Shown here: in pieces, positions 19,140 through 29,569 of the stretch
Numbering within the stretch: position 1 is the first letter of the stretch
How the letters are laid out: every line of letters starts with the position of its first letter
DNA from: Chloroflexota bacterium
GTDB lineage: Bacteria; Chloroflexota; Anaerolineae; UBA1429
Assembly (NCBI GenBank): GCA_012719135.1
Contig: JAAYAW010000047.1
Span: forward strand, 22,282 to 86,281
Reading direction: 5' to 3'
DNA: 64,000 nt
Made by a program: the position numbers and the translations under genes
Notes under the pieces: generated by a model
The model's database searches: none
Told to the model about the DNA's origin: nothing
What the model saw: the letters and a program-made list of their open reading frames with translations, nothing else

Positions 19140-19604
19140 TCAGGCCTTCTGGGGGATGCGTTGTTCTGCCGCCCGAAGCGCGAGAAGCGCCCTGACATCG
19201 GCGAGATCGTCTTCCGTATCGACGGAGATGAACAGCCAGCGTCCCTCCGGGTAGGGCCGGGCTCGCTCGATCGCTGCCTGAACGTTACGCCCAGGGGCGA
19301 TCGCGCTGGCCTGGTCCACGCCGGCCGGGCTCAGGTTGATCTGGACGGTGAAGCTTCCATCGCATGGGTACAGGTTCGCGAGAAGCCGCCTGCCGCTGCG
19401 GAAGCGCAACGCCCAACCATAGGATCTGCCGTAGAGGTACTTGAGCTCCTCTGCGCAGACATAGGTCTGGCGGATGTGGGCCAGCAGGGCATCCCAGTTG
19501 CAGAGCCCCGGGCCGATGGCCGCGCGGATCTCTTTTTCCGTGGGCCTCTGCCGCTTGTCGGTAAAGCGACCAACAGCCACCTGAACCTCCTCGCAGCTGC
19601 ACAC
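19140..19604 (-). CDS. DUF3788-like protein.
   Basis: RFTDKRQRPTEKEIRAAIG...YGRSYGWALRFRSGRRLLANLYPCDGSFTVQINL resembles my recollection of the DUF3788 family. The exact start is uncertain. Confidence 0.65.
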   Translation of the reverse strand: MCSCEEVQVAVGRFTDKRQRPTEKEIRAAIGPGLCNWDALLAHIRQTYVCAEELKYLYGRSYGWALRFRSGRRLLANLYPCDGSFTVQINLSPAGVDQASAIAPGRNVQAAIERARPYPEGRWLFISVDTEDDLADVRALLALRAAEQRIPQKA

Positions 19605-19674
19605 CCTACCCTCATCGCTCCGGCCGTGTGAGCACGGAGCCGCCGGCTAGGACTGGTGGTGTTCGGCCCCGGGA

Positions 19675-21147
19675 TCACTGAGAGCGCCAGAGCGCCCGTC
19701 CGATAGCGTCATCCCAGCCGGCGCGCAGCGCAGCCCTTGTGCTCTCTGCCATGGCCGGCTCGTAGCGCCGGTGCTGGCGCGGCAGCGCGGCGAGTTGATC
19801 GCGCGAAGACCAAAAGCCAACGGTCAGGCCGGCCAGATAGGCCGCCCCCAGGGCCGACACATCGCCCACCTCGCTGGCCAGAACCGGCACATCCAGGACA
19901 TCGGCCTGGAACTGCATCAACGCCCGATTGCGCGCCGGGCCACCATCGGCCATGAGGACGGAGAGCGAAGCACCCGCTTCCTCCTGCATGAGAGTAAACA
20001 CATCCATGACCTGGTATGCGATCGATTCGACCGTGGCCCTGGCCAGGTGAGCGGCCGTGGTCCCACGGGTAAGGCCGCAGATCACCCCGCGGGCATCGCC
20101 ACGCCAGTGTGGGGCTCCCAGGCCGACCAGGGCGGGGACAAAGAACACGCCGCCGCTGTCTGAAGCGGCTAGTTCCTCGATAGCGCCGGGACCGTCCACG
20201 CGCAGCAGATCGGCCAGCCACTGAACGGCTGCCCCGGTCACATAGATGTTGCCCTCCAGCGCATACATCACGTGCTCGTGACCCCAAGCGATGCTGGAGG
20301 ACAGGCCGCTCCGGGGGTGGACGCGCTCCGCGGTCGGCGTCATCAGGGATGAACCCGTGCCGTAGGTGGCTTTGATCGTGCCGGGGGCAAAGGCCGCATG
20401 GCCAAAGAGGGCGGCGTGCGAATCCCCGGCGAGGGCACCGATTGGTATACCCGCCGGAAGCCCAGCCTGAGCAACGGTCTCGCCATAGAACGAACTGGAG
20501 AGGCGCACCTGAGGCAGGGCGGCCAGCGGGATGCCAAATAGGTCGCAGAGCTCGGGATCCCAGCGGAGAGAACCCAAATCAAAGAGCTGGGTGCGGCACG
20601 CATTCGTGACATCGCAGCAGAAGGACGCCCCGCCGGTCAGATTCCAGAGTAGCCAGGCATCCACCGTCCCGATGCAAATCTCACCAGATTCGGCCCGGCG
20701 CACGCCATCGGGAATATGCTCCAGAAGCCAGCGGGCCTTGGTAGCCGAGAACATCGGATCGATCGTCAGGCCCGTCCGCTCCACCAGCAACGGCTCGCAG
20801 CCACGCGATCGCAGCTCGGCGCACGCCGGGGCTGTACGGTGGCACTGCCAGGTAATGCACGGACCGAGGGGAGCACCCGACTGACGCTCCCAAACGAGCA
20901 CGGACTCTCTCTGGTTGGCGATCCCCAGGCCGGCGAGATCCGTCGGGGGTATCGCAGTCATCACGTCGGCAATCACCTGGCGCGTGGCGCGCCAGATCTC
21001 GCCGGGATCCTGCTCCACCCAGGCAGGCTGCGGGTAGGCCACCTCCAGCGCGCAGGCTGCCTCGCGGACTATATGTCCGGCGGCATCCACCAGACAGGCC
21101 TTGGCATTGGTGGTGCCCTCGTCTACCGCCAGCATGTAGCGTGCCAT
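19675..21147 (-). CDS. FGGY-family carbohydrate kinase (glycerol/xylulose kinase-like).
   Basis: MARYMLAVDEGTTNAKACLVD...YPQPAWVEQDPGEIW...GIANQRESVLVWE. I trimmed the 44-codon extension in the ORF track. Confidence 0.85.
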   Translation of the reverse strand: MARYMLAVDEGTTNAKACLVDAAGHIVREAACALEVAYPQPAWVEQDPGEIWRATRQVIADVMTAIPPTDLAGLGIANQRESVLVWERQSGAPLGPCITWQCHRTAPACAELRSRGCEPLLVERTGLTIDPMFSATKARWLLEHIPDGVRRAESGEICIGTVDAWLLWNLTGGASFCCDVTNACRTQLFDLGSLRWDPELCDLFGIPLAALPQVRLSSSFYGETVAQAGLPAGIPIGALAGDSHAALFGHAAFAPGTIKATYGTGSSLMTPTAERVHPRSGLSSSIAWGHEHVMYALEGNIYVTGAAVQWLADLLRVDGPGAIEELAASDSGGVFFVPALVGLGAPHWRGDARGVICGLTRGTTAAHLARATVESIAYQVMDVFTLMQEEAGASLSVLMADGGPARNRALMQFQADVLDVPVLASEVGDVSALGAAYLAGLTVGFWSSRDQLAALPRQHRRYEPAMAESTRAALRAGWDDAIGRALWRSQ

Positions 21148-21164
21148 CGCGCCGCTCCCTCTGC

Positions 21165-22577
21165 CTACCCCTGGTGGCGGTATGTATCCCACCCGAGGTA
21201 AGTACCGAGTGCATCCTCGAGAACCGCCGCGCAAGACGACCGGCTCATGGCCATGTGATGCTCGAAACCGTTCAGGCAAATGTGCTGCATCAGATCCTGC
21301 AGCCGCGGAATCTCGACCACGGCGCGGCTGCCGAAGGTGTCCAGCGGCTCATCAAGAAAGCTTCCCTCTCCAAAGTAGGCCTTGAGCGTTCCAAGCCGAT
21401 CGTCACTGGAGATTCGGGCATAGCTCATCGGGCCGGCCGGCACACGGCCCGCGACCACGCCCCAAGTATTGTCGTAACCCAGTGTGGAGCCGAGGATCGG
21501 TGCGTATTCCATCTTGGGCTCCCCACCGTAGAAGGAGCGAGGCCAGTTCCCACAGTGGAAGAGCACACAGCGATCCTCGTCCTCGCCATAGTCGTTGTTC
21601 CAGTCCACCAGAGCACTCGGCGTTCCGGAGGCTAACTGCAGCGCATACATGGATACAGCACCAGTCACATCCACTTCGCAGGCACTGGGCAACAGATGCT
21701 CGCTCATCATGCTCATCAGCGTGCACACGTTGGCCCCCAGATTCGCCTGGAGAGAGTTCCAGCACTGGATGGCGGTCGCCTGAATGTCGAGGGACTGCAT
21801 CCACTCGTCCAGCACGACGCCGAACTTGCTCATGCGCACGAGCGCACCGGAGGGCACGCCCTCGGTGGACAGGTAGGACTGGATGCGCGTGATCTTGTCC
21901 ACCACAAGGGGATCCTCGTCAGCCAGGCCCGTCGCTCGCCCCAAGATCTCGGAGAGGTCCACCGTCTGCACAGAGATCCCAGCGTCTTCCAGCAGCTTCT
22001 CGCTATACCGGGTGGTGTTAAAGGCGTTTGGGCGCGCACCCACAGCGCCGACACGAAGATGTCGCAGACCATGCACGACGGCGCAGACGCGGCAAAAGCG
22101 GGCGAGCTCATCACGGAACTCGTTCGCATCCGGACGGAGCGTATGCCGACGGGTGACCGAATAGGGATAGCCGTACTGGTATAGGTTGTTGCAGACGGAG
22201 ATCTTGCCGCAGAACGCGTCGCGACGAACGTCGGGAGAGAGGGCATCCAGATGGTCGGGGAAGGCATGCACCAGGATGGGCACATGCAAGCCAGAGAGCC
22301 GAACGGCATCCACCGCAGCCTTTTCATCGCCAAAGTTCGGCAGGCTGATGATGATCCCCTGGATATCATGTCTATGAGCATCAAAGAGCGCCGCGCACCG
22401 TTTGGCGTCCTCCCACGTTTCGACGGAACCGGCCACGCTTTCGGAGGGGTCGAGCAATATGGGTTTGATTCGCAAATCGCGGAGAACCGTCAACAGCTGC
22501 TCGCGGCCGGCGGCGATCAGCCCATCGGGGAAAAAGTCCCGGTTCCCCAGAATGACGCCCAGCGTGATGTCCTCCAT
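21165..22577 (-). CDS. L-fucose/L-arabinose isomerase family protein.
   Basis: GVILGNRDFFPD...IIISLPNFGDE...CGKISVCNNL...ACEVDVTGAVSMYAL resembles COG2407-type isomerases. Confidence 0.8.
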   Translation of the reverse strand: MEDITLGVILGNRDFFPDGLIAAGREQLLTVLRDLRIKPILLDPSESVAGSVETWEDAKRCAALFDAHRHDIQGIIISLPNFGDEKAAVDAVRLSGLHVPILVHAFPDHLDALSPDVRRDAFCGKISVCNNLYQYGYPYSVTRRHTLRPDANEFRDELARFCRVCAVVHGLRHLRVGAVGARPNAFNTTRYSEKLLEDAGISVQTVDLSEILGRATGLADEDPLVVDKITRIQSYLSTEGVPSGALVRMSKFGVVLDEWMQSLDIQATAIQCWNSLQANLGANVCTLMSMMSEHLLPSACEVDVTGAVSMYALQLASGTPSALVDWNNDYGEDEDRCVLFHCGNWPRSFYGGEPKMEYAPILGSTLGYDNTWGVVAGRVPAGPMSYARISSDDRLGTLKAYFGEGSFLDEPLDTFGSRAVVEIPRLQDLMQHICLNGFEHHMAMSRSSCAAVLEDALGTYLGWDTYRHQG

Positions 22578-22630
22578 CGTGACCTCCTTGTCCGTGTGGG
22601 ATTGTTCAACCTGTTCAGCGCTCCGGTCCG

Positions 22631-23566
22631 CTATCTGCCGCCGATGAGCCTCATGGCGGTGGCCGCGAGGCTCTCAACCGAGAGGCCATAGTGCCGAAAG
22701 ACCTCGTTCTGAGAGCCACTAACCAGATGCTCGTCCGGAATGGCCACAAGGTCGAAGGGAACGTGCAGGCCATGGCGCAACAGGACCGTGGCACAGGCCT
22801 CACCAAGCCCGCCGTGAGCACTATGCTCCTCAACCGATATCACAGCGCCCGTTTCGCGAGCTGCGGAGACGAGCGCCTGTTCATCCAGGGGCTTGACGGT
22901 ATGCATGCTCAGCACACGGCAGGAGACCCCCTGTGCCGCAAGAGCCTCCGCAGCACCCAGGGCCACCGGCACTGTCTCGCCGCAGGCGACATAGGTGACA
23001 TCGTGCCCATCGCGAATCCGCGCGCAGGTCCCCAGGCGAAAGGGCTCACTCGCAGGGTAGACATCCGGCATGGGAGCCTTGCCCAGGCGGATGTACAGCG
23101 GGTACGGCGCCGCATAGGCGGCGAGAATGGCCTCGCGGGTCTCCAGGCTATCCGCCGGCACCACGATCATGATGTTGTGGATGGCCCTGAGCGCGGCGAT
23201 ATCATGAAGGGAATGATGCGTGGCCCCCAGGGCACCGTAGCTCACACCAGCGCTGATTCCCACAACGCGGACCGGGTGATCGGAGTAACACACGTCGTTC
23301 TTGATCTGCTCGAGCGCCCGCGCGGTGATAAAGCACGCCGGAGAGACCGCAAAGACTTTTTTCCCCGCCGAGGCCAGGCCCGCGGAGATGCCGATCACGT
23401 TCTGCTCCGCAATGCCCGTCTCAATGATCTGCTCCGGGAGCTCCTGCGCATAGCCGCTGAGGCGCCCGGATCCGCGACTATCGCTGGTCACGACCAAGAC
23501 ATCACGATCGGATCGTGCGAGCGACAGCAAGGTTTCCGCAAAGATGTCCAGATTCGGCTTGCCCAT
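22631..23566 (-). CDS. Transketolase, C-terminal (pyrimidine-binding) subunit.
   Basis: MGKPNLDIFAETLLSLARSD...ETGIAEQNVIGISAGLA...GATHHSLHDIAALRAI. The real ATG is at 23566; the 82-codon extension in the ORF track overlaps the upstream gene. Confidence 0.9.
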   Translation of the reverse strand: MGKPNLDIFAETLLSLARSDRDVLVVTSDSRGSGRLSGYAQELPEQIIETGIAEQNVIGISAGLASAGKKVFAVSPACFITARALEQIKNDVCYSDHPVRVVGISAGVSYGALGATHHSLHDIAALRAIHNIMIVVPADSLETREAILAAYAAPYPLYIRLGKAPMPDVYPASEPFRLGTCARIRDGHDVTYVACGETVPVALGAAEALAAQGVSCRVLSMHTVKPLDEQALVSAARETGAVISVEEHSAHGGLGEACATVLLRHGLHVPFDLVAIPDEHLVSGSQNEVFRHYGLSVESLAATAMRLIGGR

Positions 23567-23573
23567 GGCCACC

Positions 23574-24413
23574 CTAGCTGCCCTCCAGCGCGGCCCGTTG
23601 CGCCGCGAGCTCGGCCCAGGCCCGTTCCAGTTCGGCGGCACTGGGCACGCGATGATGCCATCCGGCCTGGTTCTCAGCAAAGCTGATGCCCTTGCCCTTG
23701 ACGGTGTGGGCCAGCAGGAGGCTGGGCTTGCCCCGCTCAAAAGGCGCACTCGCCAGGGCCTCAACCAGGGCCGGAATATCGTGGCCATCCACCTGGCGAA
23801 GGGCATAACCAAAGGATCGGAACTTGTCCGCCAAAGGCTCCAGGGCGTTCACCTGCTCGGTGGGCCCGGTGATCTGGAGGCCATTGCGATCCACGATGAC
23901 GATCAAGTTGTCCAGCCCATAGTGCGCGGCAGCCATAGAGGCCTCCCAGTTGGAGCCTTCGTCCAGCTCACCATCTCCCAGAAGGGTGAACACGCGGTAG
24001 CTGCGGCCGTCCAGGCGGCCGGCGAGGGCCATTCCGACGGCTACAGCCAGGCCATGGCCCAGGGCCCCCGTGTTGTGCTCGATCCCAGGGACGGCTCTCG
24101 TGGGGTGCCCGATCAGCCGCGAGCCGTAGCGGCAGACCGTATCCAACTCCGCACTGGGGAAGAACCCTCGATCGGCCAGGACCGCGTACAGCGCCTCCAC
24201 ACAGTGCCCCTTGGACTGGACAAAGCGATCGCGGTCCGGGTCAGAAGCCGTTTGCGGAGAGACGTTCAGAATCCGGTTGTACAACACATTGAGTATGTCG
24301 ATGGCGGACAGGTCGCCGCCGGTATGCCCGGCGCCGGCCTGCGAGATGATGCGAAGGATGGCCTCGCGGTAAGAGACCGATTTGAGGCGCAGCGTCCGTT
24401 CACTCGTTTCCAT
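23574..24413 (-). CDS. Transketolase, N-terminal (TPP-binding) subunit.
   Basis: GAGHTGGDLSAIDILNVLY...SKGHCVEALYAVLADRGF...GALGHGLAVAVGMA...LLGDGELDEGSNWEA. Confidence 0.9.
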   Translation of the reverse strand: METSERTLRLKSVSYREAILRIISQAGAGHTGGDLSAIDILNVLYNRILNVSPQTASDPDRDRFVQSKGHCVEALYAVLADRGFFPSAELDTVCRYGSRLIGHPTRAVPGIEHNTGALGHGLAVAVGMALAGRLDGRSYRVFTLLGDGELDEGSNWEASMAAAHYGLDNLIVIVDRNGLQITGPTEQVNALEPLADKFRSFGYALRQVDGHDIPALVEALASAPFERGKPSLLLAHTVKGKGISFAENQAGWHHRVPSAAELERAWAELAAQRAALEGS

Positions 24414-24608
24414 AGCAGTGCTCCAGCACTCGCGACCAGACGTCACATACAGACCGTACGGCCGCATTCTAGCACGATAGGTGATGAGCTGTCAGGTGAG
24501 GTGGGCGACAGATCCGGATAGCTCCGAGAAGACGCACAGGAGCCGCACCGCCCAAGCGTCGGGCTCCTGTGCTGGAGGTCCAGATGAATGTGGAACTGGG
24601 GCAGAGCC

Positions 24609-25172
24609 CTATGGTATGTCCAGCGAGCGCACCCAGCTAGAGAGGCCCTCCCAGTTGCGGTAGTCTCCCGCACTGCGCCGCATGACGCGCAACAAGATCC
24701 AGAGTATGGCCTTCTCGGCCGTGCTCAGGACCGCCATGTCGATCTTGCCACGGAAGTAGGCCAAAGACCGGGGCCCAATCGATTCGATCAAGGGCAGGGC
24801 ATTGCGAAGGGCGCCTATGAGCGCACCATCGGATCTGTTGCCACTGGCCCCCGGATCAATGTGTACCGGGCAGGGCATCCCGGCCGCATCGTCCTCCACG
24901 GCATAGCGCAGGCCCGTGACGAACAACCACGTCGGCTTGTTCTGCAGCACAGAGCGGTACCGCTCAAGGAAGCCCACCATGTCCGGGTGCCATCCGAAGC
25001 GATACAGCAACGCGCCGGCGATGACCGCATCATAGGCCACCATTTCCTTCACGTCCGAGGCGGAGATAACGTCCACCTCATGGCCCAATGTGCGCAACTC
25101 CCGGCCAATGTGCTCGGCCATCTCCCCAGTAGAGCCCGAATGACTGACGTACGCAACCAGAACGTGAGACAT
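24609..25172 (-). CDS. Flavodoxin-like protein (HemG/Flavodoxin_5-like).
   Basis: MSHVLVAYVSHSGSTGEMAEHIGREL...YDAVIAGALLY. Confidence 0.75.
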   Translation of the reverse strand: MSHVLVAYVSHSGSTGEMAEHIGRELRTLGHEVDVISASDVKEMVAYDAVIAGALLYRFGWHPDMVGFLERYRSVLQNKPTWLFVTGLRYAVEDDAAGMPCPVHIDPGASGNRSDGALIGALRNALPLIESIGPRSLAYFRGKIDMAVLSTAEKAILWILLRVMRRSAGDYRNWEGLSSWVRSLDIP

Positions 25173-25382
25173 GTGCACCTCCCCATAGAGCTGCGCAATC
25201 ACGGGGCCGCTGCGCGGCAGCCGGCGTCGGACCGGCCTGCCGGGCACTATCGGGTTCGGCGCGCAACAGGTCAGCCGGCTGGCTGTTGACGCCCCGAGAG
25301 AGCTGTCAGGCGACGATCACCCCCCCTTTCCACAGCGGACATGCCCGCGTTCACCATCTTGATACATGGCCCGGCGGTTCCA

Positions 25383-25826
25383 TCAGGCACTCGCCAGAGA
25401 ACTGCCGACATCTCTGCTCAGCATAATGCCCATCACTCCCATAACCACAAGCGCCAATACGTAGGCTCCAAGCAGCACGAGGACCATGATGAGAGGCCAG
25501 CCCTCTGCCGCCCTGGCGCCGGTAGCCATTCCCGTCGCCACAGCCAGGCCCTGGCTGCCGATCAGCGCGACCACGGCGGCGAGCAGGGCACCGCCCAGCA
25601 GAGCCCGGTGCCGATGCAGGCGCAGCGAGCCCCACACCAGCATCAGGCCACCGGCGAAGGCCAGGAAGCACAACTCGGCGGGCAGTAAGTAGTCAAGATG
25701 GAATCGTCCCCAGGCGATCAGAGATACCACGCCAAAGATCAGAGGGCACAGCAGAACGAGCCAGACGAGCGCCGCCCCAGCCAGCACCAAGACCCGGGCG
25801 AACCTCAGAGACGAACGCATGGTCAC
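25383..25826 (-). CDS. Small integral membrane protein, function unknown.
   Basis: Four hydrophobic segments. Its start has a 4-nt overlap with the upstream MscS gene. No family recognised. Confidence 0.5.
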   Translation of the reverse strand: MTMRSSLRFARVLVLAGAALVWLVLLCPLIFGVVSLIAWGRFHLDYLLPAELCFLAFAGGLMLVWGSLRLHRHRALLGGALLAAVVALIGSQGLAVATGMATGARAAEGWPLIMVLVLLGAYVLALVVMGVMGIMLSRDVGSSLASA

Positions 25827-27061
25827 ACTCCCGGCGCGCTAGACTGCGCCAACCCTCCACCCCGAAGGCTCTGAAAGTCGAGACCGGTAGGCTCCTGAAA
25901 GACTCTCAGGCCAAACACAGGCAATGCAGCGAGAAGATGGTTAAAGATGTCGCCCTGGATGGCCTCGTAGGCAACCCAATCGGTGGTCCTGGCAAACGCA
26001 TACACCTCCAGGGGCAGGCCCGTCGGTGTCGGCTCCAGAACGCGCACGAGGAAAGCCATTCCCTCGAGAAAGATGTCGTTACGGCCACGGAGGTAGGCAA
26101 CCACGTACTCACGGAAGACCTGGACGTTGGTGATTTGTGGCCCGTCCAGGGGCCAGTCATAGTCCTGCCCCTGAGTCTGGATATGCGCCTCAAGCGCCGC
26201 GATACGCTCCGTAATCCACGCGGAGATGAGGTCGATTCTCTGGAGCCGCCGCAGGTCGTCCAGCGAGCAAAAGTGGACACTGAGCTGGTCCAGCCGCAAA
26301 GCTCGCTCTATACGCCGGCCGCCGCTCTCCAGCATCCCGCGCCAGTTCCTAAAGGAGACGTCCATAATTCGGTGCGTCGGGATGATGCTGTAGGACATGT
26401 CCCAATTACGCACCTTGATGGTATGCAGGTTGATGTTCGCCACATCGCCGTTGGCATCGTAGCTCGGCACCTCCACCCAATCGCCCTCACGAAGCAGACC
26501 GTTGGCGGCGATCTGCACGCTGGCAACGAGAGCCAGGATGGTGTTCTGGAACACGAGCATCAGAATGGCCGCCGCGGCCCCCAATCCCGTAAGAAGAGCC
26601 ACCGGCGACTTGCCAGTAAGCAGGGTGACCGTCAGGATCAAGGCCACAAAGATCACCACGAGCTTGGCGATGTCCAGATACCCGGCGATGCTGACTCCGG
26701 CATAGTCTGGACGGCTCTCATAGATGCTGTTGATCGCACTGAGGAGCGAGACCAGCGAGAAAGCGGCAAGCCAGAGCAGTATCCCCAGAGCGACATGCGA
26801 GATGACCTCCTGCGCCGTGGGGAGGAGCCGGGCACACAGGTATATGGCGAGCAGAGGAGCCACCCAGGCCAGGCGATTAGGCTGAAGATAACGAACGAGC
26901 AGATCATCGACCTGTGTGGCGCTCCTATCGCTCAGGCGGATAAACCAGCGGGCCAGCACGAACCGCGCAAGGGCGTAGGAGAGGGAGGCCAGGGCCAGCA
27001 TCACCACTACGGCCAGCAGAGGGCTGGCCTGCAACTCGGTCGTGAGAGCGTCGAGATCCAT
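25823..27061 (-). CDS. Mechanosensitive ion channel (MscS family).
   Basis: TM segments followed by the MscS beta domain: IAANGLLREGDWVEVPSYDANGDVANINLHTIKVRNWDMSYSIIP. I chose the ATG at 27061 (MDLDALT...). Confidence 0.85.
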   Translation of the reverse strand: MDLDALTTELQASPLLAVVVMLALASLSYALARFVLARWFIRLSDRSATQVDDLLVRYLQPNRLAWVAPLLAIYLCARLLPTAQEVISHVALGILLWLAAFSLVSLLSAINSIYESRPDYAGVSIAGYLDIAKLVVIFVALILTVTLLTGKSPVALLTGLGAAAAILMLVFQNTILALVASVQIAANGLLREGDWVEVPSYDANGDVANINLHTIKVRNWDMSYSIIPTHRIMDVSFRNWRGMLESGGRRIERALRLDQLSVHFCSLDDLRRLQRIDLISAWITERIAALEAHIQTQGQDYDWPLDGPQITNVQVFREYVVAYLRGRNDIFLEGMAFLVRVLEPTPTGLPLEVYAFARTTDWVAYEAIQGDIFNHLLAALPVFGLRVFQEPTGLDFQSLRGGGLAQSSAPGV

Positions 27062-27102
27062 AGATACTCCTAGCGCTGTATAGAGGGTGGAAACACATGT
27101 CC

Positions 27103-27131
27103 CATTATAGCCTACCGATGCGCCCCATGCC
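27103..27131 (-). promoter_or_regulatory. Candidate promoter for the MscS unit.
   Basis: Perfect TATAAT on the minus strand (27103-27108), about 41 nt upstream of the ATG at 27061. The -35 element is poor (TGGCAT). Confidence 0.3.
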
Positions 27132-27242
27132 ACGGTTTTCCTGGATCTCCAGCGCTCATGTGATGTCACCGCACCAAGGATGCGTGTTCACAACCGGCGT
27201 GCCCGGGCGGCCGGCACCGGGGCATTGTGCGCTGGGCAGAGG

Positions 27243-28154
27243 CTATCGTGGGGCTAGCCTCCGCTGGCGCCGCCGGTGACAGCCCACACTGAGGTATGCC
27301 CCCAGTAGCAGCACGAGGCCACTGAGGTACGACCAGGTGAGGAAAGCAATGATGGACGCGACGGAGCCATACACGAGGTTAGTCCGGGACATGTAGGTGC
27401 CCACAAAGGCCACAAAACCGCGCTTGGCCAACTCCCAGAGCAAGCCCGCAACGGCCGCGCCGGGGAGGAGATCCCTCCAGTTCCCCAGGCCGTGGGGCAT
27501 GGCGGCATAGAGCACCCAGAACATGGCGATATCCAGCGCGATGGCAAGCAACGCACGAAGGCCACGCGCCAGAGAGTGCAGTTCGGCAGGCAGAAGATGG
27601 CCCAGGCTGGCGATCATGCTGCCGGCCGCCAGCCCGAGAACCATGAACGGCCCGACGATGAACAGAATCAGCGTAATGGCGATACCGTAGCGCTGCCAGA
27701 AGGGGCGCACGTATTCGGTCTGCCAGATCTCCTGCAGCACGCCGCCCAGCCCGCGAAACAGCGAGGAGGCGCTCCAGACCAAAGCCAGCAGAGCGACCAC
27801 GGAGACGGATCCGCGTGCCCGGATGACGCCGGCGATGTTCTCGCTCATCAGGTCACCAAGGGTGGGCACCAGGAACTCCAGCCGGCCGATGATAGCCGCC
27901 AGATCCGCGCTGGGCCCCAGCGAGTAGCTGGCGATGGCGATGCTGAGAAGCGTCAGCGGAAAGATGGCCAAGAGCGCGAAATACGCGATCGAGGCCGCCC
28001 AGAGCGTGGTGCGGAACTGCAGCATCTGGCCGAGGGCCCCGAAGAACACGCCAGGAGCGCCCAGGAGAAGGGCGTCAAGTCTGTGCCAGCGCGCCAGCAG
28101 GCCCGGCTTGAGTCCCCTGATGTATTCGCGCAGAGCCGATTGCTTCATCCCCAT
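27243..28154 (-). CDS. YihY/BrkB family membrane protein.
   Basis: FRTTLWAASIAYFALLAIFPLTLL and six TM segments, typical of the YihY family. Confidence 0.8.
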   Translation of the reverse strand: MGMKQSALREYIRGLKPGLLARWHRLDALLLGAPGVFFGALGQMLQFRTTLWAASIAYFALLAIFPLTLLSIAIASYSLGPSADLAAIIGRLEFLVPTLGDLMSENIAGVIRARGSVSVVALLALVWSASSLFRGLGGVLQEIWQTEYVRPFWQRYGIAITLILFIVGPFMVLGLAAGSMIASLGHLLPAELHSLARGLRALLAIALDIAMFWVLYAAMPHGLGNWRDLLPGAAVAGLLWELAKRGFVAFVGTYMSRTNLVYGSVASIIAFLTWSYLSGLVLLLGAYLSVGCHRRRQRRLAPR

Positions 28155-28313
28155 CCCATCTCGCCGCTGGCGGGCTCATCCGTGCTGGCGGAACCATACC
28201 CATCGAACCCCGGGATGTCAACGGCATCCGGACAGGCTGGCGTGATCCACGAGGGTCTCTATCCCTGGGCACGGCTGCTACCGTTTCGGGAGCACTGCAC
28301 AGGACCCACCCGG

Positions 28314-28341
28314 TTGACCGGCCATCAGGCCCTGCTATGCT
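28314..28341 (+). promoter_or_regulatory. Candidate promoter for pdxA.
   Basis: TTGACC, 16-nt spacer, TATGCT. An AAAGGAG Shine-Dalgarno lies before the ATG at 28389. Confidence 0.35.
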
Positions 28342-28388
28342 TTCCCACGTCAAGACGGCTTCTTGCATGATAGCCAAAGGAGTACGAC

Positions 28389-29408
28389 ATGTCGCGCCCG
28401 CTCATCGCGATGACCATGGGAGATCCCGCAGGCATCGGCCCCGAGATCGTTGTGGCGGCGGCTTCCAGCCCGGTCATCCGCTCCAGGTGCCAACTGCTGC
28501 TCCTGGGCGATCCCGTCGTGTATGCACGCGCGGCCGCGCTGTTGCCCAAGCCACCGGCCCTGCGCGTGATTGCTCAGGCGCAGGAAGGGCTTGAGGCAGC
28601 AAACGGCCAGGCCATCCCCATCCTGGCCACCGACGGCTCCGGCTGTTATCCGCAGCGGGCGGTTACGCTCGCGAGCGCGCGAGCGATGCTCGCCCCCCTG
28701 GACATCGCGTGCGACCTGGCGCTGGCGGGCCGCATTGACGGGATCATTTCCGGCCCTCTGAACAAAGAGGCCTTCAGCCTTCTCGGCCTCGGGCACCGCG
28801 ATGAACTGGACTATATGGCCGCCCGCACCGGGGCCGTGGATGCCTGGATCCTCGGTATCATGCGCGGCGTCTGGGTGACCTCGGTAGCCGAACACGTGCC
28901 TTTCCGGGAGATCGCAGACAGGATCACGAGAGAGAACGTATTCGGGCGGATACTCGCGCTGGCGGAGGCGATGCAACGGGACGCGGCTGGCCATAACCAG
29001 GGCAAGCCCGCTCCGATCGCCGTAGCCGCATTGAACGCCCACGGAGGAGAGGGCGGCGCGCTCGGCACCGAGGAGATCACAGAGATTGGCCCCGCCGTCG
29101 CCGAAGCGCGCGCCCGAGGCCTGCCGGTGACGGGCCCCGTCCCCGCAGACACCGTCTTTGCACGAGCGCTGGCCGGGGAGTTTACCGGAGTCGTGGCGAT
29201 GTACCATGACCAGGCGAATATCGCACGCAAGCTGCAGCCGATGCCAGAACGGTTGACCCTCTTTGAGGGGCTTCCGGTGGCTGCGGCAACCACCGCCCAT
29301 GGCGTGGCGTACGACATCGCCTGGCAGGGGCATGCCGATCCTGGCAGCCTGCTCGCGGCCCTGGATATGGTCATCAGGATGGCCAAGGGACGAGCGCGCC
29401 CGTCATAG
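28389..29408 (+). CDS. pdxA: PdxA-family 4-hydroxythreonine-4-phosphate dehydrogenase-like protein.
   Basis: IAMTMGDPAGIGPEIV...SGPLNKEA...HGGEGG...MYHDQANI...TAHGVAYDIA. Confidence 0.9.
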   Translation: MSRPLIAMTMGDPAGIGPEIVVAAASSPVIRSRCQLLLLGDPVVYARAAALLPKPPALRVIAQAQEGLEAANGQAIPILATDGSGCYPQRAVTLASARAMLAPLDIACDLALAGRIDGIISGPLNKEAFSLLGLGHRDELDYMAARTGAVDAWILGIMRGVWVTSVAEHVPFREIADRITRENVFGRILALAEAMQRDAAGHNQGKPAPIAVAALNAHGGEGGALGTEEITEIGPAVAEARARGLPVTGPVPADTVFARALAGEFTGVVAMYHDQANIARKLQPMPERLTLFEGLPVAAATTAHGVAYDIAWQGHADPGSLLAALDMVIRMAKGRARPS

Positions 29409-29569
29409 GAGCAACAGCCAAGGCGGCCGTGGGACAGGATCTAGCTCGACCGTCGCTGCAGGTGCCAGGGAGCTGGCTGCCTGAGCCCGGATTCACAAGT
29501 GGCGGGCCGTGGGAGGATAGGCGCCGGCCGGTGGGAAGCGCCTTGCACAGGGAGGATTGGTTTATCGCG

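Noticed and set aside
28350-29333. 327-aa minus-strand ORF covering pdxA.
   Set aside because: It is the mirror frame of a clear PdxA-family gene and shows no family resemblance.
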